A stretch of DNA of 63,227 bases, the filler included, from Collodictyon triciliatum (Eukaryota), in assembly GCA_043381765.1 (NCBI GenBank). It is 4 parts of 4 records of this genome, joined end to end, with 100 filler letters (N's around TTAATTAATTAA, not from the genome) between each part and the next. Parts side by side here need not be neighbours in the genome. Positions count along the whole stretch, not along the records: positions 39,367 to 58,937 come from JBHJMP010001290.1; positions 59,038 to 63,227 come from JBHJMP010001352.1; 2 more parts are not named here. One strand, given 5' to 3'. The first letter of the stretch is position 1; every line of letters starts with the position of its first letter. The notes beneath the pieces are model-generated. The model had not been told where the DNA came from and did no database searches. It worked only from the letters and a program-made list of their open reading frames with translations. Shown in pieces: positions 40,531 to 63,159 of this stretch. The translations under genes and the position numbers were made by a program.

Positions 40531-43269
40531 AGGAAAAAGACCAAGATGCGGTTAAGATTGAATCTTTTGCTTAATGTGTGTATGTCGACCTTATAAACCA
40601 AATTCTTAGTACTTCGAGTAGAAAGAGTATAGAACAAAAGAGCAAGAAATTTAAGGGTGCAGTTTGCATAAGGGACATACCTGTTGGTGCGGTTTCCCAC
40701 AATAGGCACTACTGTCATGAGCCGAGCTGAAGCCACAAGGCTGCTCCCCACTGAGTCGGGATACGGCACCGCGTATAACCGTTGGAAGATAGCCTCGCCA
40801 GTTTGCACAGTGACTCCCTTTAGTGGTTCAGTTCTCAGCGAGGACGGATTCCAACTGCGGAGCACTATAAGCTCCAGCAATCCCAAGACGACAAAGACAT
40901 TCTCTACGAAGAGCACTAGAGTTATCCTATGGACGCAATAGCGCTGCTCTCAACGCCCGCCTACCTTCCTTAACCAGTCAAAGATAGCCTGCATGAATGA
41001 ATCGACGATGAGAGGATGTTCTATTTGACTTGTTGGCTTCTTTGGAGGATTTGTGAAGCACAAGAATTTGATTCAATAGATACAGATGGTATATCTTTTT
41101 TTTAAAATTGATTACTTACATAGGGTCTGTGCTCTGTCCGCAAGTTGCATGCGCATTATATTGTAATTTATTCGTCAGTTGTGTCAGCAAGGTTGGAGTG
41201 ATTATAATAATCACCAAATTCCTCTGCAGGCATGCACGAAGGAGTCGAAGACTGATGATGAATAACAATCTCTATACATGTTAAGAGATAAGGTAACGGG
41301 AATAAGGTCGCAATTTAAACCTCTGAATGAGAATATCATACCTTAGCTAAGGAGAATTTTAACAGAATCCATCTTCTGTTAATCGTGGGAATAATCAACA
41401 AATTGGACTGTCCAGTTACGAAAAGAAAAGAGTCGACGTCAATCAAAAAGCAAAAGCGAGAGCGAAGACGAAACGCAGCAGAATGTTAAAGGTTTTTTTT
41501 AATATGCGTGGACTTTGTGCGAAAAATAATGAAGTAGAAATGACATGGTCCAGAGGCTGGTACAGAAAGAAAAAAAGAAAAATTCACAAAACACACATCG
41601 GAGGCTACACTGCTCAGACTATTGGTAGCTCAAACAATCATAAAGTCACAAAGCAATTACATATATCATTTACATATTTTTGATGCAAATACCCCTCGGG
41701 TCTGCGATGTAGACATCATCAACCCTAACCGCTCTGATCGACTCCGTTTGGGTGGCAAAGAAAAAAATCATTCAAACACCATCTGTTACTCATTTCATGT
41801 TTATTTTCTAAACTGTCACTTTCTTTTTCTTTTTTTTTCGACATTATGTGAACGGAGAATTGGATTTTACATATGAAAAATCAAAGAATCGAATGCAAGG
41901 ATGACTCGGCAGTTATTCTTTTTAGGCTACGACAGAACATAAAGGTTTGTCATATTGACGGCATATGTTTTCTTTAATGAGAAAAGGTGATTGATGAAAA
42001 TAGTTGGTGCATGCGACTATGAAATTGAAAAAAAAAAATTGAATTTGTGATATACTCTATCAAATCGGCTTATGCAGGTTTTAAAATAAAAGTCAGTTCT
42101 CTAAATACAATGGATAAAATTACCTGCTGCGCCATTTTACGACATATAAGAAGTGGTTGTCTTTCGTACCTGTTTTCGCAAGGTGCATGAATTTGAATCC
42201 GTGTTGGTTCACACTTTTTCTTCAATTTTTATCTTGAACCTTTTTTTGTATGTGTAATAGCTTCGTGTGCCGATATGAATGTCTTTTTAAAAATAATTTT
42301 ATCCCTTTGTTGATGATGGCAATCTTGGACTCCATCACGTTTAACAACGCTAAAATCTATATGACTCTCCCAAAGACAGAAGGTATCTATTGTTATTTAT
42401 TGTTATTTAATAATAGTGATATTGACATCTCCTAGATTATCGCATGAGAAGACCCAAAAGGAACAAAACAAAGAATCTGGCATAGGCTCAAGTGCTGATG
42501 TTAAAGAGGGAATCATAGTTGGTAAGGATGGAGCAATTAAAAGAAGTACTCGGGTGATATCTGCGAAACAAAGAAAATTCTAACAGGAAACAAGACAGCG
42601 GACAAGAGAAAAGATAAAAAAAAACACGAAGCAAATCATTCGAGATAGCTTATTTAAGGCTTAGATATTTAACACTAAAACACCCAAACGCTTGCAATAA
42701 TCGACATAGCTTGTTTACGAGCAGAAGCCGAAGCTCCAAATATATCTTCTATCTGTGAATTCAATCATTATAGTTACTTAGGAAATAGAGCACCAAATCA
42801 TTTGATTTTATCAGATGAATAGTTTTCGCTGGGTCTATTTGCAATAGACCTTATATCAAAGTCTGGTGGCATGTTTAACAAGACCATCAATTATTGAGGA
42901 AATCCTTTGTGAAATCACACTTTTTCTGTCATTAAGCTATTTTTCTAGCTGGTCTGTCCAGTACAGGAAAGAATACTTAAATCTGCATTCCATATACTCG
43001 TGTATTGCAAGATTTGAATGGGTTGATTAGCATTGAGAAATGCAGTTCTACGCTACTTGCAACTACGCATCTATAAACAAATCGACAGATTGAAAAATGT
43101 GTGTCAATCGAAGACATGAATAAAGGACTACGAGAATGCTTCCGAGATTTTATACACTTTCTATTCAATTGAAAAGAGAAAATGCAACAAACATTGTATG
43201 AATCTATTCTTCGGTTTATAATGCAACTAGCCGATGAAAGAAACAAGAAAATCAACTATCACAGTAAGT

Positions 43270-44960
43270 TATTTAAATTGGTTTCGTGAAAGGTTTTAAC
43301 TAAATGGGAACGCTACCTGTGAGCGAAGAGAAGAATGGCCACCGGATACCTTTTTCGTGGAATTTTTTTGTTGAGAGCATAGGAGGTGATGTTAGTCTAT
43401 CTTGTAAATTATATATAAGATATTGTCGTGAGAATGCCATTTCAGAAATATTGTAATTATACTGGACTATGACGTTATTCTGTTTTTAAGATATTAGGGT
43501 TTTGCATTCGATATAATCCCCACATGTCAAATGAAACCGAAAATCTATTTGATATGGGAACTATGTCTCATGTTTGTTTTTGTTGCGAGAATAGGTTATT
43601 TAAAGCGAATCTGGTTGTGTTGTCCAAATCAAAATATTCGCCAACCATTTATTGAACCAAAACTCCTATCAGACTTATTGACGTATAGTCCGATTCTTTT
43701 CGGTAATGTCTAAAAGTTACTAGAGCTTGTAAAATGCATTTCTTATCATTTCATTTGGAGAATCGAAGGAAATATTTGCATCAGGGTTTGTCTCTACCTG
43801 TATAAAAGGCTCTAGAAGTGTCGAATATCAATAAATAATTAAAATAAGCGCTAACAGCTGACAAAACTTCAGAGGGTGAATAAAATACAATATCTATCGC
43901 CCCATCTGTTCACGAAGTAGATATTGTAATGATAAAGGAGCCCTCTATACCAAGGGATATGATTATGAAGTCGAAAAAACGGCAGACTAAAGAGGTTAAT
44001 ATTTACACATAGATGTTACGATGCTCTGCAATATCCCATCATATTTTGGAAAGGTCAAGACGGCTATCAGGTCAATAATTACAAATTCCACTCCAAGAAA
44101 ACAGAAGGTAGTGGATAAAAATTGTAAAATAATAATAAAAAAAATCTTATGGCTATATGATTATGGTTAGATAAACTGAATAAAAATACATTTCTGAGAA
44201 CTACGAATTTATTTCATCAGTTCTTGATAGACATGCATGCAAAGGAAGAGTCAGATAGACCTCTACATTTTAAAAAAATACTCTGAAAAAAATTAAGAGC
44301 AGAGAGTTATGTCCATCTATTAGATTCTCTTTCTTCTGACAGAAACATCAGAAAAGATAATGTAGTGGTTATTTTACCTTCTGGGTTTGTTGGTGGGCAC
44401 CGGTACATGTACGAGAAAACTCAAGACGGCCTCTTACGTAAGGATATTATGGAACCACAGAGTTTGTCCTACAGTTTTCATGCAATCATTAATTTGAAGA
44501 AATAACTTTAATCTTTTAGAAGGACAGTGTTACACTCACAGACATGATATAATAGCGAGGGTGTTTTACCTAAAATAGTTTAAAAAATAATCCGACTGAT
44601 TGTAAAATAAAATGTGTTTGCCTCACTAAAGGCTCATCTCTATAGTATATGATGGTAAAAGAGGGCTGCCCGCGCACATATTTTATTTTGCATTAAAAAT
44701 CATGTACACACAGACAGAACCGATGGCATTACACCAGCAGAACCCCCAGCCCAGGACAATGACCCGATTCTTCATGAAAATGCGAAACGGAATATGGCGC
44801 GCCGGTGGTGCCTTGGTTATAATAAAATAGCTTCATGCCTAAAAAATGGAGCATGTGCTAAAAACATAAAAGAAATTTTGTTTCTGAAACTCAAATGGGG
44901 GAGTTTTTTTTTTTTGTGAAATCTTTGTATGATAACAACGGATAATGGATTTGCAACGAG
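43270..44960 (+). mobile_element. Fossil Helitron Rep coding remnant with many stops and frameshifts
   Basis: Read across frames: APSVHEV..RD..THRCYDALQYPIIFWKGQDGY (about 43900-44070), VILPSGFVGGHRYMYEKTQDG (44368-44430), FSCN..FEEI, RHDIIARVF, YSI*W*KR..AHILF (degenerate EWQKRGLPHAH) and DPILHE...CLKNGAC. The order is colinear with Helitron Rep. Confidence 0.85.
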
Positions 44961-46025
44961 TCTCCATCGAACTACGTTGATTCTGATTGTGCGCTGAAGT
45001 TGATGTAATTATTTTAATTATGAGTGATTGGACCAAATAATCTCTATGTCAATTCTTCTGTTCAAAAGGCAAGTTTGAATAAAAAAAATTTTTTTTCTAT
45101 TTTATTGGATTTCTTAAATGTTTTATTTTTATTCTGTTCACCAGGCACCGCGCAAGGCTGGTGTTAAAAACGCTAGTTTTTTTTTAATGTACGCCTCTCT
45201 GAACCCCACACGACGATTGTTGCCTTTTCACCCTTGGTCTTTTTCTGCCACAGGCTTTGAGGGTGACATACTGTCTGTTGGTATCAAATATCGCTTCGAT
45301 TGATAGATTNNNNNNNNNNNNNNNNNNNNNNNNNNNNNNNNNNNNNNNNNNNNNNNNNNNNNNNNNNNNNNNNNNNNNNNNNNNNNNNNNNNNNNNNNNN
45401 NNNNNNNNNNNNNNNNNNNNNNNNNNNNNNNNNNNNNNNNNNNNNNNNNNNNNNNNNNNNNNNNNNNNNNNNNNNNNNNNNNNNNNNNNNNNNNNNNNNN
45501 NNNNNNNNNNNNNNNNNNNNNNNNNNNNNNNNNNNNNNNNNNNNNNNNNNNNNNNNNNNNNNNNNNNNNNNNNNNNNNNNNNNNNNNNNNNNNNNNNNNN
45601 NNNNNNNNNNNNNNNNNNNNNNNNNNNNNNNNNNNNNNNNNNNNNNNNNNNNNNNNNNNNNNNNNNNNNNNNNNNNNNNNNNNNNNNNNNNNNNNNNNNN
45701 NNNNNNNNNNNNNNNNNNNNNNNNNNNNNNNNNNNNNNNNNNNNNNNNNNNNNNNNNNNNNNNNNNNNNNNNNNNNNNNNNNNNNNNNNNNNNNNNNNNN
45801 NNNNNNNNNNNNNNNNNNNNNNNGGTTAAAAATAAGGAAGGAAAATTAGAATTCAGAACCTGCTCGTTTACCAAAGACAGAGCCTTCGGATGAAGGTTTT
45901 TCCAATTTCCCTTCGTTTTCTAAGTTCGCCAAAAAAAAAAAAAAACGAAAAGGGAAGAGAAGAGAAAAAATTTTTTTAAGTGTATTATTCGTGGCTTCTC
46001 GAGCATTCCTTTCCTCCTTATCTTA

Positions 46026-48429
46026 TCAACATAGATCTATCCCACACATGATTCTTGTAAAGCAGTATGAAACTATTGTGGATGCAAATTTACACATATG
46101 AATATTATATAGAAGCAAACCAATTATGTAGGTGAATATAAGTGGGTCTGAGTAATTGCGACCGTCGTTTGTGATTTGGACAAACGCTTCGATTTGATGG
46201 CAGCAAAGAGGCCGATCTCCAGGGCACGGTGGCAGAGTGAAAAATGCCACACAATCATTGAAGACCTCCGAAACTGGGACTTTGATCTATTTCATGACCA
46301 TGGTAAGATGCTTCAACAAAAAAGTCTCTCAAAAATGATTGTATCGAGAGAGAAGACCATGTACAAGAAAAAAAATAATCGACCTTTCCATGAACTGTTG
46401 TAAAGAGGATGGAGATAGACGGACTGAAGACAAATGGAGCTCCAACCACGTGCATAGGAACTCCACCACATGACGGTCCATAGCTGTAGCTGAGAGTTCT
46501 AAGCTTAACATTTCCTGGATATTAAAAAAAAATAATTTTTTTTAGCATATTGCCGACGCATCTCAGGTAAAGCTATCAAGCTCAATGTTTGTAGTCAAAC
46601 ACAGTTGGATTGAGCATGGTCTTACTTCTTCTCTGGAGAACAGCAGAGTGAGAAAACGTGTAGAACGCATTTGTGAATTGTGTTGCATGCACGACATTTT
46701 TGTCAGAGCTCACTAAGGAGAGCATCAGTACGAATTCCCTGTGCATGTGTTTTGCTGAGGTTTCGTTGATACTAAGATTGAACTTGACACTCCCTATTGA
46801 CGATGAATATTTCAACATGATTTCTGAAACAAAAACAAGAAGCAATAGAGAAGAATATAAAGACAAAAAAAACAAAAAAAACAAAAAAAAAAAAAAAAAG
46901 ATAGTTACAAATACAAAAATATAGAGAAACCAGGAAGAGTGAATATCGAAATTAACCATTTGGAGGAACTAGCACGATTGTGTCGCCCTGCAAAAGCCTG
47001 TCTGCATGCAGCACTGGGTGCGGATGTCCGTCATCGCCCACGGGGGAATACATCAACTCACATTTCATGCACATGTTGGTTTCTTTTGCATCACCATTGG
47101 GATACACGACGGATGCAATAACCGTAAACAGCCTACATTATACTTTTTTTTTAACAAACGACACTTGATTAAATATTTTATTAATAAAAAAAAAGGAGAA
47201 ATAACAAAGAAAAAAAGAGAAGAAAACAAGAAAAATTTAAATGATATGCAAGTTCCATAAAGCATTAATGCACAGAAGCTAAAATCATTCGATCGGTACT
47301 TTGTTGTTGTCCGAATCTCATCAGGAGGCTGCTGACTAATGACAATGTGGTAGCCTTTCGAGCTTTGCGACTTCTCCGCACTGGAAACACCCACAGCAGC
47401 AACTGGCGGGTGGCTGCACGCATGCGAATGCCGGGCGCGTTTGCGGGTGGCCTTTGCCAATGGTGACGGCAGCATCAGCGAAATGCTGTTCGGCATTTGA
47501 CCCACCATTTCTGAATGCTGATTCATCTGTATCTGTGACTGCATCTGTGACTGTGACAGCGATTGCGGTTGTGATTGTGTTTGTGTTTTCAATTGTTGTA
47601 TTGGTGCGCCTATTTCTAAATCGTGAGGGGCATCTATAAAAGCCTGGTTTCTGGGCGCACCAAACAAAGGACTGATGACGAGGCTGTGTGTGGGTGTGTG
47701 TGCGTGGGAATGGGAATGATTGTGACTGTGATTGTGACTGTGATTGTGACTGTGATTGTGACTGTGATTCTGGAAGTGGGGATGTGTGATTGTGTGCATC
47801 TGCGAAGAAAGCGGGTTGAAGTAGTCATCCTCGGCAAGAAGGGAGGGCAGATGCAGGTGTGATTGTGATTGCGATTGCGACTGCGACTGCGGATGAGCTG
47901 GATGCGTGAATGTAGAGTAAGGCGGGATTCCACGCAAGTCATTCAGGGTGGCGGCCTGCGATTCGGTTGCGTGGCTGTGCACTCGGCTTGACGAGGCAGA
48001 CATGTATGTGGCATTCGGAGAAGCATCGTTTTCGTCTTCGCCCTCGTCATCCTCGTCGTCCTCGTCGGTTGCGTGGACTGCGGACTTGTTTGTGTGCGGG
48101 TCGTTTGTGGATTGCGAGGCAACGGGCGAGTTTTGGGAGGAGGCGGTTGTGGCCTTGTGGGGCTGCGTGCGCTTTGTGGCAGGACGCGATTGTGGCTGTG
48201 GCTGTGGCTGTGGCTGTGGCAGAAGCTGTGGCAGAAGCTGTGACTGCTGACTGGCGAGGAGCTGCACAAAGTCGGAGGCGTTACTTTGGCCCGGGTTTGA
48301 AAGGAGCGGCACGAGATACGAGAGCAACTGGGAAAGGACGGCGGCTGGGTTTTGGGCAGTTTGCGGCTGTCCATTGGGCTGTCCATTGGGCTGTCCATTT
48401 GGTGGATTCGGTCGGGGCGTTCTGTCCAT
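46026..48429 (-). CDS. CudA-like transcription factor: long Q/H/P low-complexity N-terminus, core DNA-binding domain and TIG-like C-terminus
   Basis: IVISQQPPDEIRT, GSVKFNLSINETS, FTNAFYTFSHSAVLQRRRNVKLRTLS, GGVPMHVVGAPF, FFTLPPCP and QITNDGRNYSDPLIFTY resemble the CudA core as I remember it. The last exon is uncertain. Confidence 0.7.
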
Positions 48430-48855
48430 GGTGCGTCCAAGGAGCGGGCCTTCCTGTGGGCTTTGCGAGGCGGTTGTATAGCGAGCTCTTTATCGCTTTC
48501 ATTATAATTATTATTGTGCTCTACTCATTTCATTCATTCATCTTTTTTTCTTTGTTTGTTTGTTTGTTTGTTTGTTTGTTTGTTTGCTCTTTCGCCGAAA
48601 TTGATCAGAGGCTGCTTCGCTGTGTGTGCTTTATTCTATCCAGCGCGGAGCTGTGTGGTTCCTGGGCTTCTGGAAGTCACGGGTTCAGTGAATCGCAGGT
48701 GGGCTCTTTTTCATTGCATGGTGGGAAATTGCTCCCTCTGGAACTGCCACGTTCCTTCCGCAGTGCTGGATTTCAGTTGTATCAATTATTGTATTTTCCA
48801 TTTGTGCATATAGTCGGTGGTACAGGGTTGAGTGCGTTTTCCCAGGGCGTTCGCT

Positions 48856-49876
48856 TTAATGTGAAGTTTGCTCGGCCGCTTTTTGCTGTCCGCTGCTGGC
48901 GCTTTGCTGGGTTTCCAGATATTCCACACAGAGCTTGCGAAGCTTCAGAGCAGTTTCCTGGTATGTGTTGATGTCGCTGTCGCGGGCCATTGCCTGTGAT
49001 GTGAGATGTCAATGTCAGTGATTGTCTTCCGCTGGAGGGCCATGTGGCGGGTTAGCAAACTATCTATGAGAAAAGAAAAGAAAAGACAAGACAAGACAAG
49101 ACATCTATGATGAAGACGTCGCAGACATATTATTCCCAAAACTGTGAGAGCAGTGACAAACCTCATAGTTATCTTTGTGTTTTTTAATCAGTCTTTTTGC
49201 TAAAAGAATTTGCCCTTCGCTCAACTTTTTCTCATTCGGCTTCCCTCTGGGCTTAACCTTAAGCTTCTCACCTTTTGCAATTTAGGAGTGTATAAAAAAA
49301 AAACTATCAAAGAGTGTTGGTGGCTTATTAGGCATGAATGTCTTGTCTGTTTTTCTGATTTTTTTTTTCATATACAATTCATTTTTCTAAAACTTGAAAC
49401 ACTTTCATAGGGTGTCAGATACGAAACTGAAGAAAAAATACGATGAAGTAAAATCAGTAGATAAATAAAGTGTCGCCTTTAACCGGCGGCATTTCCAAGA
49501 GTCTAAAGGCATCCACACCTGGTGCCAGGATGGACTTTTTCCCTTTCCGTGACTTTCCGATGGCTTGGCGTCTGGGCAAATTCTCGTCCTTGGTCTGGAG
49601 CTTCTGGAGATCAGCCAAGGAAACTTCCTGCACAATGACAGCTGACGAGCCCATGGGCGTGATGACGGGAGGAGCAAGTGTCTCTTCAGTCGGTGTCTGC
49701 TCTGACGCCCACTGATTTATGTGCGTCACCATCTGCAGATTCTCATAGTTCTGCTTCAGCGTCAAAGTGGAGTCGAAGTGGTTGGCCAACTCGCACCCGC
49801 GCACTTTGGATTTGCGAAGCCCAACGTGCTTCTTGGATCGGCTGTTCAACGTGGCTCTTCTCCTCTTCTTAACCAT
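48856..49876 (-). CDS. NOP16: Nucleolar protein 16 (60S biogenesis), 3 exons
   Basis: Basic N-terminus, FDSTLTLKQNYENL, then LSEGQILLAKRLIKKHKDNYE/AMARDSDINTYQETALKLRK. TAA at 48856. Confidence 0.88.
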
Positions 49877-50230
49877 TCTGCTTTCTCGTTGCCTCCTTCT
49901 TCTTGCGTTGGTGAGTTCTGTCGGTCTCTTCTCTGCTTCGTGCTTAACTGGGCGCCTTGCTTGTGGCGTGGATCTGTGTTGAGCTGTGAATCTTTGATCA
50001 AAGAGAACATTGTGGCTGGTACCGTAATAAGTATGTCATATATTACATCGGATACATATCGGCTGCAAAAATGAGCAGGTTTTTTCTTTCCTTTCCTTTC
50101 CTTTCCTTTCCTTTCCTTTCCTTTCCTTTCCTTTCCTTTCCTTTCCTTTTTGTGTGTGCGGCGATTTGGTTCATTCTTTATTGTCATGGATTTGGATCAG
50201 AACATGGTTTTGGTACGACATTTAGTCCCA

Positions 50231-51044
50231 TCAGCATAATGTTTCTGATAAATCTTCGATTTCTTTTAGATTCTTCATTTGCATACAGTTGCGTATCGCG
50301 CCCAAAAATGTTGCGTATGCTGAATCAGAAAAAACGTATTGAATCAACCAATCATCTACGTCATTCCCATGTACATCACAGATACCACACATATATTTCG
50401 AAATCAAGCATAATGAATAAACATCACTCCTTCGTTCATTTTCTATCATTTCACTTTCGCTCGTGTGTTTACTATCCTTATAACGGGAAACAAGGGGATT
50501 GAGCCCTCCGACGCCGTACCCAGGCGAGGCGAAATTAGTTTTCCTTTGGCCGCTAAATCGTTTAATTTTAACACCTCCTGGGTAATATATAACATTGAAT
50601 GGACTGATTCTCCCGTGAAACTTTGTGGGTGAGTACTTGTGTAAGAAAAAGAGACCCCGGAAAAGCATTCTTGTAAATAATACCACAGTGCGGACAGGAA
50701 GCCTTTCAATTGATGATAGGAGTATATCCAATGTTGTGTGGCCGAGCTCCGAAATGACATAATCATCAGAATCCATCAAGGCTATACCATAAACATCTTG
50801 CACGCTGGGGTGTCTGTAATTTTTGCATAAAGCTACTTCATTATAATGACTCTGGCCTCCTCGACTTCCATATTTATCTGCAAAACATGGAATGTAATCG
50901 CCACCGAGCTTAAATACCGACAGATATTGGTACGTGTCATCGGCGCACGCGTTTTCAAGAGAAATTTGTAATATTGGTACAGTATTGTTGAAGCTTGTGC
51001 GATGTGGTGGCCTTTGTCGCAGAAGTGCGCTTGTCATTTGGCGT
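50231..51044 (-). CDS. Protein-kinase-fold domain, probably a pseudokinase; likely the terminal exon of the upstream CC-LRR gene
   Basis: NEVALCKNYRHPSVQDVYG, YVISEL, LFRGLFFLH, HGRISPFNV (in place of HRDxxxxN), VKIKRFS (in place of DFG), RSDVYSL. An AG acceptor sits at 51045-51046. Confidence 0.75.
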
Positions 51045-51138
51045 CTATATTACATTATTATAATTATTATAATAAGGAGTATGTGCGAAATACATCACCA
51101 TGTTTCGTATTCGTAGGTCTCATAGAAATAGAGTTTAC

Positions 51139-57620
<6,482 letters not shown>

Positions 57621-58937
57621 TCAGCTTGAAAGGCCTGCTGAGATGAATTGGGATATGATCATGAGAAAAAAAAATGCGACTGGTGAAATATAGTAGAGAT
57701 TGCTTTCAAATGCTATCGTTTATAAGGAGGAATTCTGTATATGTAATTGAGTATATATATATGTATCACAAGATGCAGCAGGAGAGGAATGGATAAAACA
57801 ACAGGANNNNNNNNNNNNNNNNNNNNNNNNNNNNNNNNNNNNNNNNNNNNNNNNNNNNNNNNNNNNNNNNNNNNNNNNNNNNNNNNNNNNNNNNNNNNNN
57901 NNNNNNNNNNNNNNNNNNNNNNNNNNNNNNNNNNNNNNNNNNNNNNNNNNNNNNNNNNNNNNNNNNNNNNNNNNNNNNNNNNNNNNNNNNNNNNNNNNNN
58001 NNNNNNNNNNNNNNNNNNNNNNNNNNNNNNNNNNNNNNNNNNNNNNNNNNNNNNNNNNNNNNNNNNNNNNNNNNNNNNNNNNNNNNNNNNNNNNNNNNNN
58101 NNNNNNNNNNNNNNNNNNNNNNNNNNNNNNNNNNNNNNNNNNNNNNNNNNNNNNNNNNNNNNNNNNNNNNNNNNNNNNNNNNNNNNNNNNNNNNNNNNNN
58201 NNNNNNNNNNNNNNNNNNNNNNNNNNNNNNNNNNNNNNNNNNNNNNNNNNNNNNNNNNNNNNNNNNNNNNNNNNNNNNNNNNNNNNNNNNNNNNNNNNNN
58301 NNNNNNNNNNNNNNNNNNNNNNNNNNNNNNNNNNNNNNNNNNNNNNNNNNNNNNNNNNNNNNNNNNNNNNNNNNNNTTTCTTTCCATTTGATATGTGTTA
58401 AAACGAGACAACCCGATATGAATCCTCGAACAAGTCCGACGTTCGTGCGAGAAAGCTAATGGCTGACTATTTTAAATATCTTTCTTTCGTTTAGTGTTTG
58501 GTTGAGCGCAGCTTCATCGAAAACCCCAACGACGAGAGCGCGCTCCTGGAGCCGAGTTTGTCCGAGATTCACTGCTGAGTTTGCGATTCCCATAAAAATG
58601 CATATAACGTTTATCGAGGTTTTGCAATGAACGTGGCTTCGTCGGCTTTTTTTATTCCCCACTTCCGTGGAAACCGGGAATGCCAACCTCCGAACCTCCG
58701 AACACAGGGAATCTGTGGCTTTCTCGCGCACGCAGTTTTTTTCTCCATAGGCGTCGACATGCGCGAAACACCCATAATTGTACCCCTCGTGCAGATTGAC
58801 CAAATTAAGATATTTTCACTTAAATTTCATGTAAAAATTCCAGTTCTGGGATAAATGTGTCGCTTCGGCATCATATAAATTTAAAAAAAACAAAAAACAA
58901 AAAAACAAAAAAACAAAAAAAAACAAAAAAACAAAAA

Positions 58938-59037
58938 NNNNNNNNNNNNNNNNNNNNNNNNNNNNNNNNNNNNNNNNNNNNTTAATTAATTAANNNNNNN
59001 NNNNNNNNNNNNNNNNNNNNNNNNNNNNNNNNNNNNN
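58938..59037. other. Artificial scaffold spacer N44-TTAATTAATTAA-N44
   Basis: Linker at 58982-58993. Confidence 0.97.
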
Positions 59038-59230
59038 GGTTGGTGGTCCTCCTTTTTCGCCCTTGCTCCCCCGCCCCCCCCCGACGACATGGTTTGGTTG
59101 TTTTTTTTTTTTTTGTTGCGTTATTGCCCAACACAATCAAGAGACCATCAAAGCAAATAGCTCATAACGCCGCGAGTATGTCTCTCATACTAAAACGCCA
59201 CTTTTCTCGCTTTTATCATTTCTGCGTAGG

Positions 59231-61832
<2,602 letters not shown>

Positions 61833-62633
61833 GCAAGGGGATAAACGAGACAATCGCCACAAACGCATAGAAATGAAGCAAAAGCGAGGATTGTTGGACA
61901 GATACGGCACAGATACGGAGTCGCCTCAGCCCTCGAACAGAAACCTGTTGTCCATTTGTGGATTTTATAGCGAATAAATCACTGAATTCCGTTGAGAACC
62001 CCACAAAAGCGTCGAGTCAGGCGATAAATCAATCTCGCTGCGACACGAAAGCAGCAAAACAGAGGCAGGTTTGGTGTCGGGGTTTTTCTCTTGGTTTTTT
62101 TCTTCTTCCGTCATTCACTTTTTCCAAGAGAATGGGATGAAGCGCAGCAGTGGCAGCTTGTACGATCAGACAACGAGTGCTGCTGCAAACGATCCTTTTT
62201 CTTTTTCCTTTTCTTTTTATTTTATTTTATTTTTCCTTTTTTTATTTTATTTTATTTTTCCTTTTTTTATTTTATTTTATTTTTCCTTTTTTATTTTATT
62301 TTTATTTTTATTTTTATTTTTATTTTTATTTTTATTTTTATTTTTATTTTTATTTTTATTTTTATTTTTATTTTTATTTTTATATTTTTTATCATAATTT
62401 GTGTATTTCTTTTTCTTTTCCTTTTTATATTTATTTTATATTTATTTTTCTTTTTGGTTCAAAAATTTTTCAGGTGAAGAGCGGTATCGTTCCCTCAAAC
62501 TCACTGGAATCCTTGTCTCTAGTCTCTCGACAGAGGGAAAGTAAAAAGCAGCAGAGGCCTTGCAGCAGACAGAAGATCGAGTGAAAACCTCGATCCATCT
62601 ATTGGGAACCGCGGTACAGCCTCGCCTTGAGGA

Positions 62634-62756
62634 ATGCGGGTTCTCATTGTGCATGCTTATTCAAAAAGCGGCTCAGAAGCAAAGAAGAAGGACCGGTTTG
62701 TTCACTTTGTCCAAGAGACTGTGCGCCATCGAAGCAGCAACGAGGCGCAATTTGAG
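62634..62756 (+). CDS. Probable first coding exon of an unidentified gene
   Basis: MRVLIVHAYSKSGSEAKKKDRFVHFVQETVRHRSSNEAQFE followed by a GT donor and an AT-rich intron. The beta-strand start is suggestive of flavodoxin/GATase-like folds, but it is too short to assign. Confidence 0.35.
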
Positions 62757-63121
62757 GTGGGCATCTTTGGTTCGTCATCGAGTATATTTGCTCCCGTACT
62801 TTGCCTTCACCTTGAGTTATAACTATGCTGTAATAAAAAAAAATGTATAAAAAAATGAAGGAGCATTATATCCACTTATCGTCATATAGATGTTAGACTT
62901 TTCCGTCCTTTTTGTTTTTGTTGTTGTTAAAAACAAGAATTTTTATCTGTTGATATCATGCGATACTTCGAATCTCTCTTTAACATTCTCAAAATTACAT
63001 GGAATAATAATTTAATTGTATTTACTCACAAACTCTAACCATCAACTTTTTTTATGTAAAATAAAAACATATTATTCACCTTGTTTGTGTTGACACACAA
63101 TTCCATGTCCCAAATCTTATC

Positions 63122-63158
<37 letters not shown>

Positions 63159-63159
63159 A

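Noticed and set aside
40377-40941. 179-aa minus-strand and 85-aa plus-strand ORFs next to the retroelement
   Set aside because: No recognisable motifs, non-ATG starts and no exon support.
47967-48971. 334-aa plus-strand ORF
   Set aside because: Antisense shadow of the GC-rich low-complexity CudA-like exon plus microsatellite sequence.
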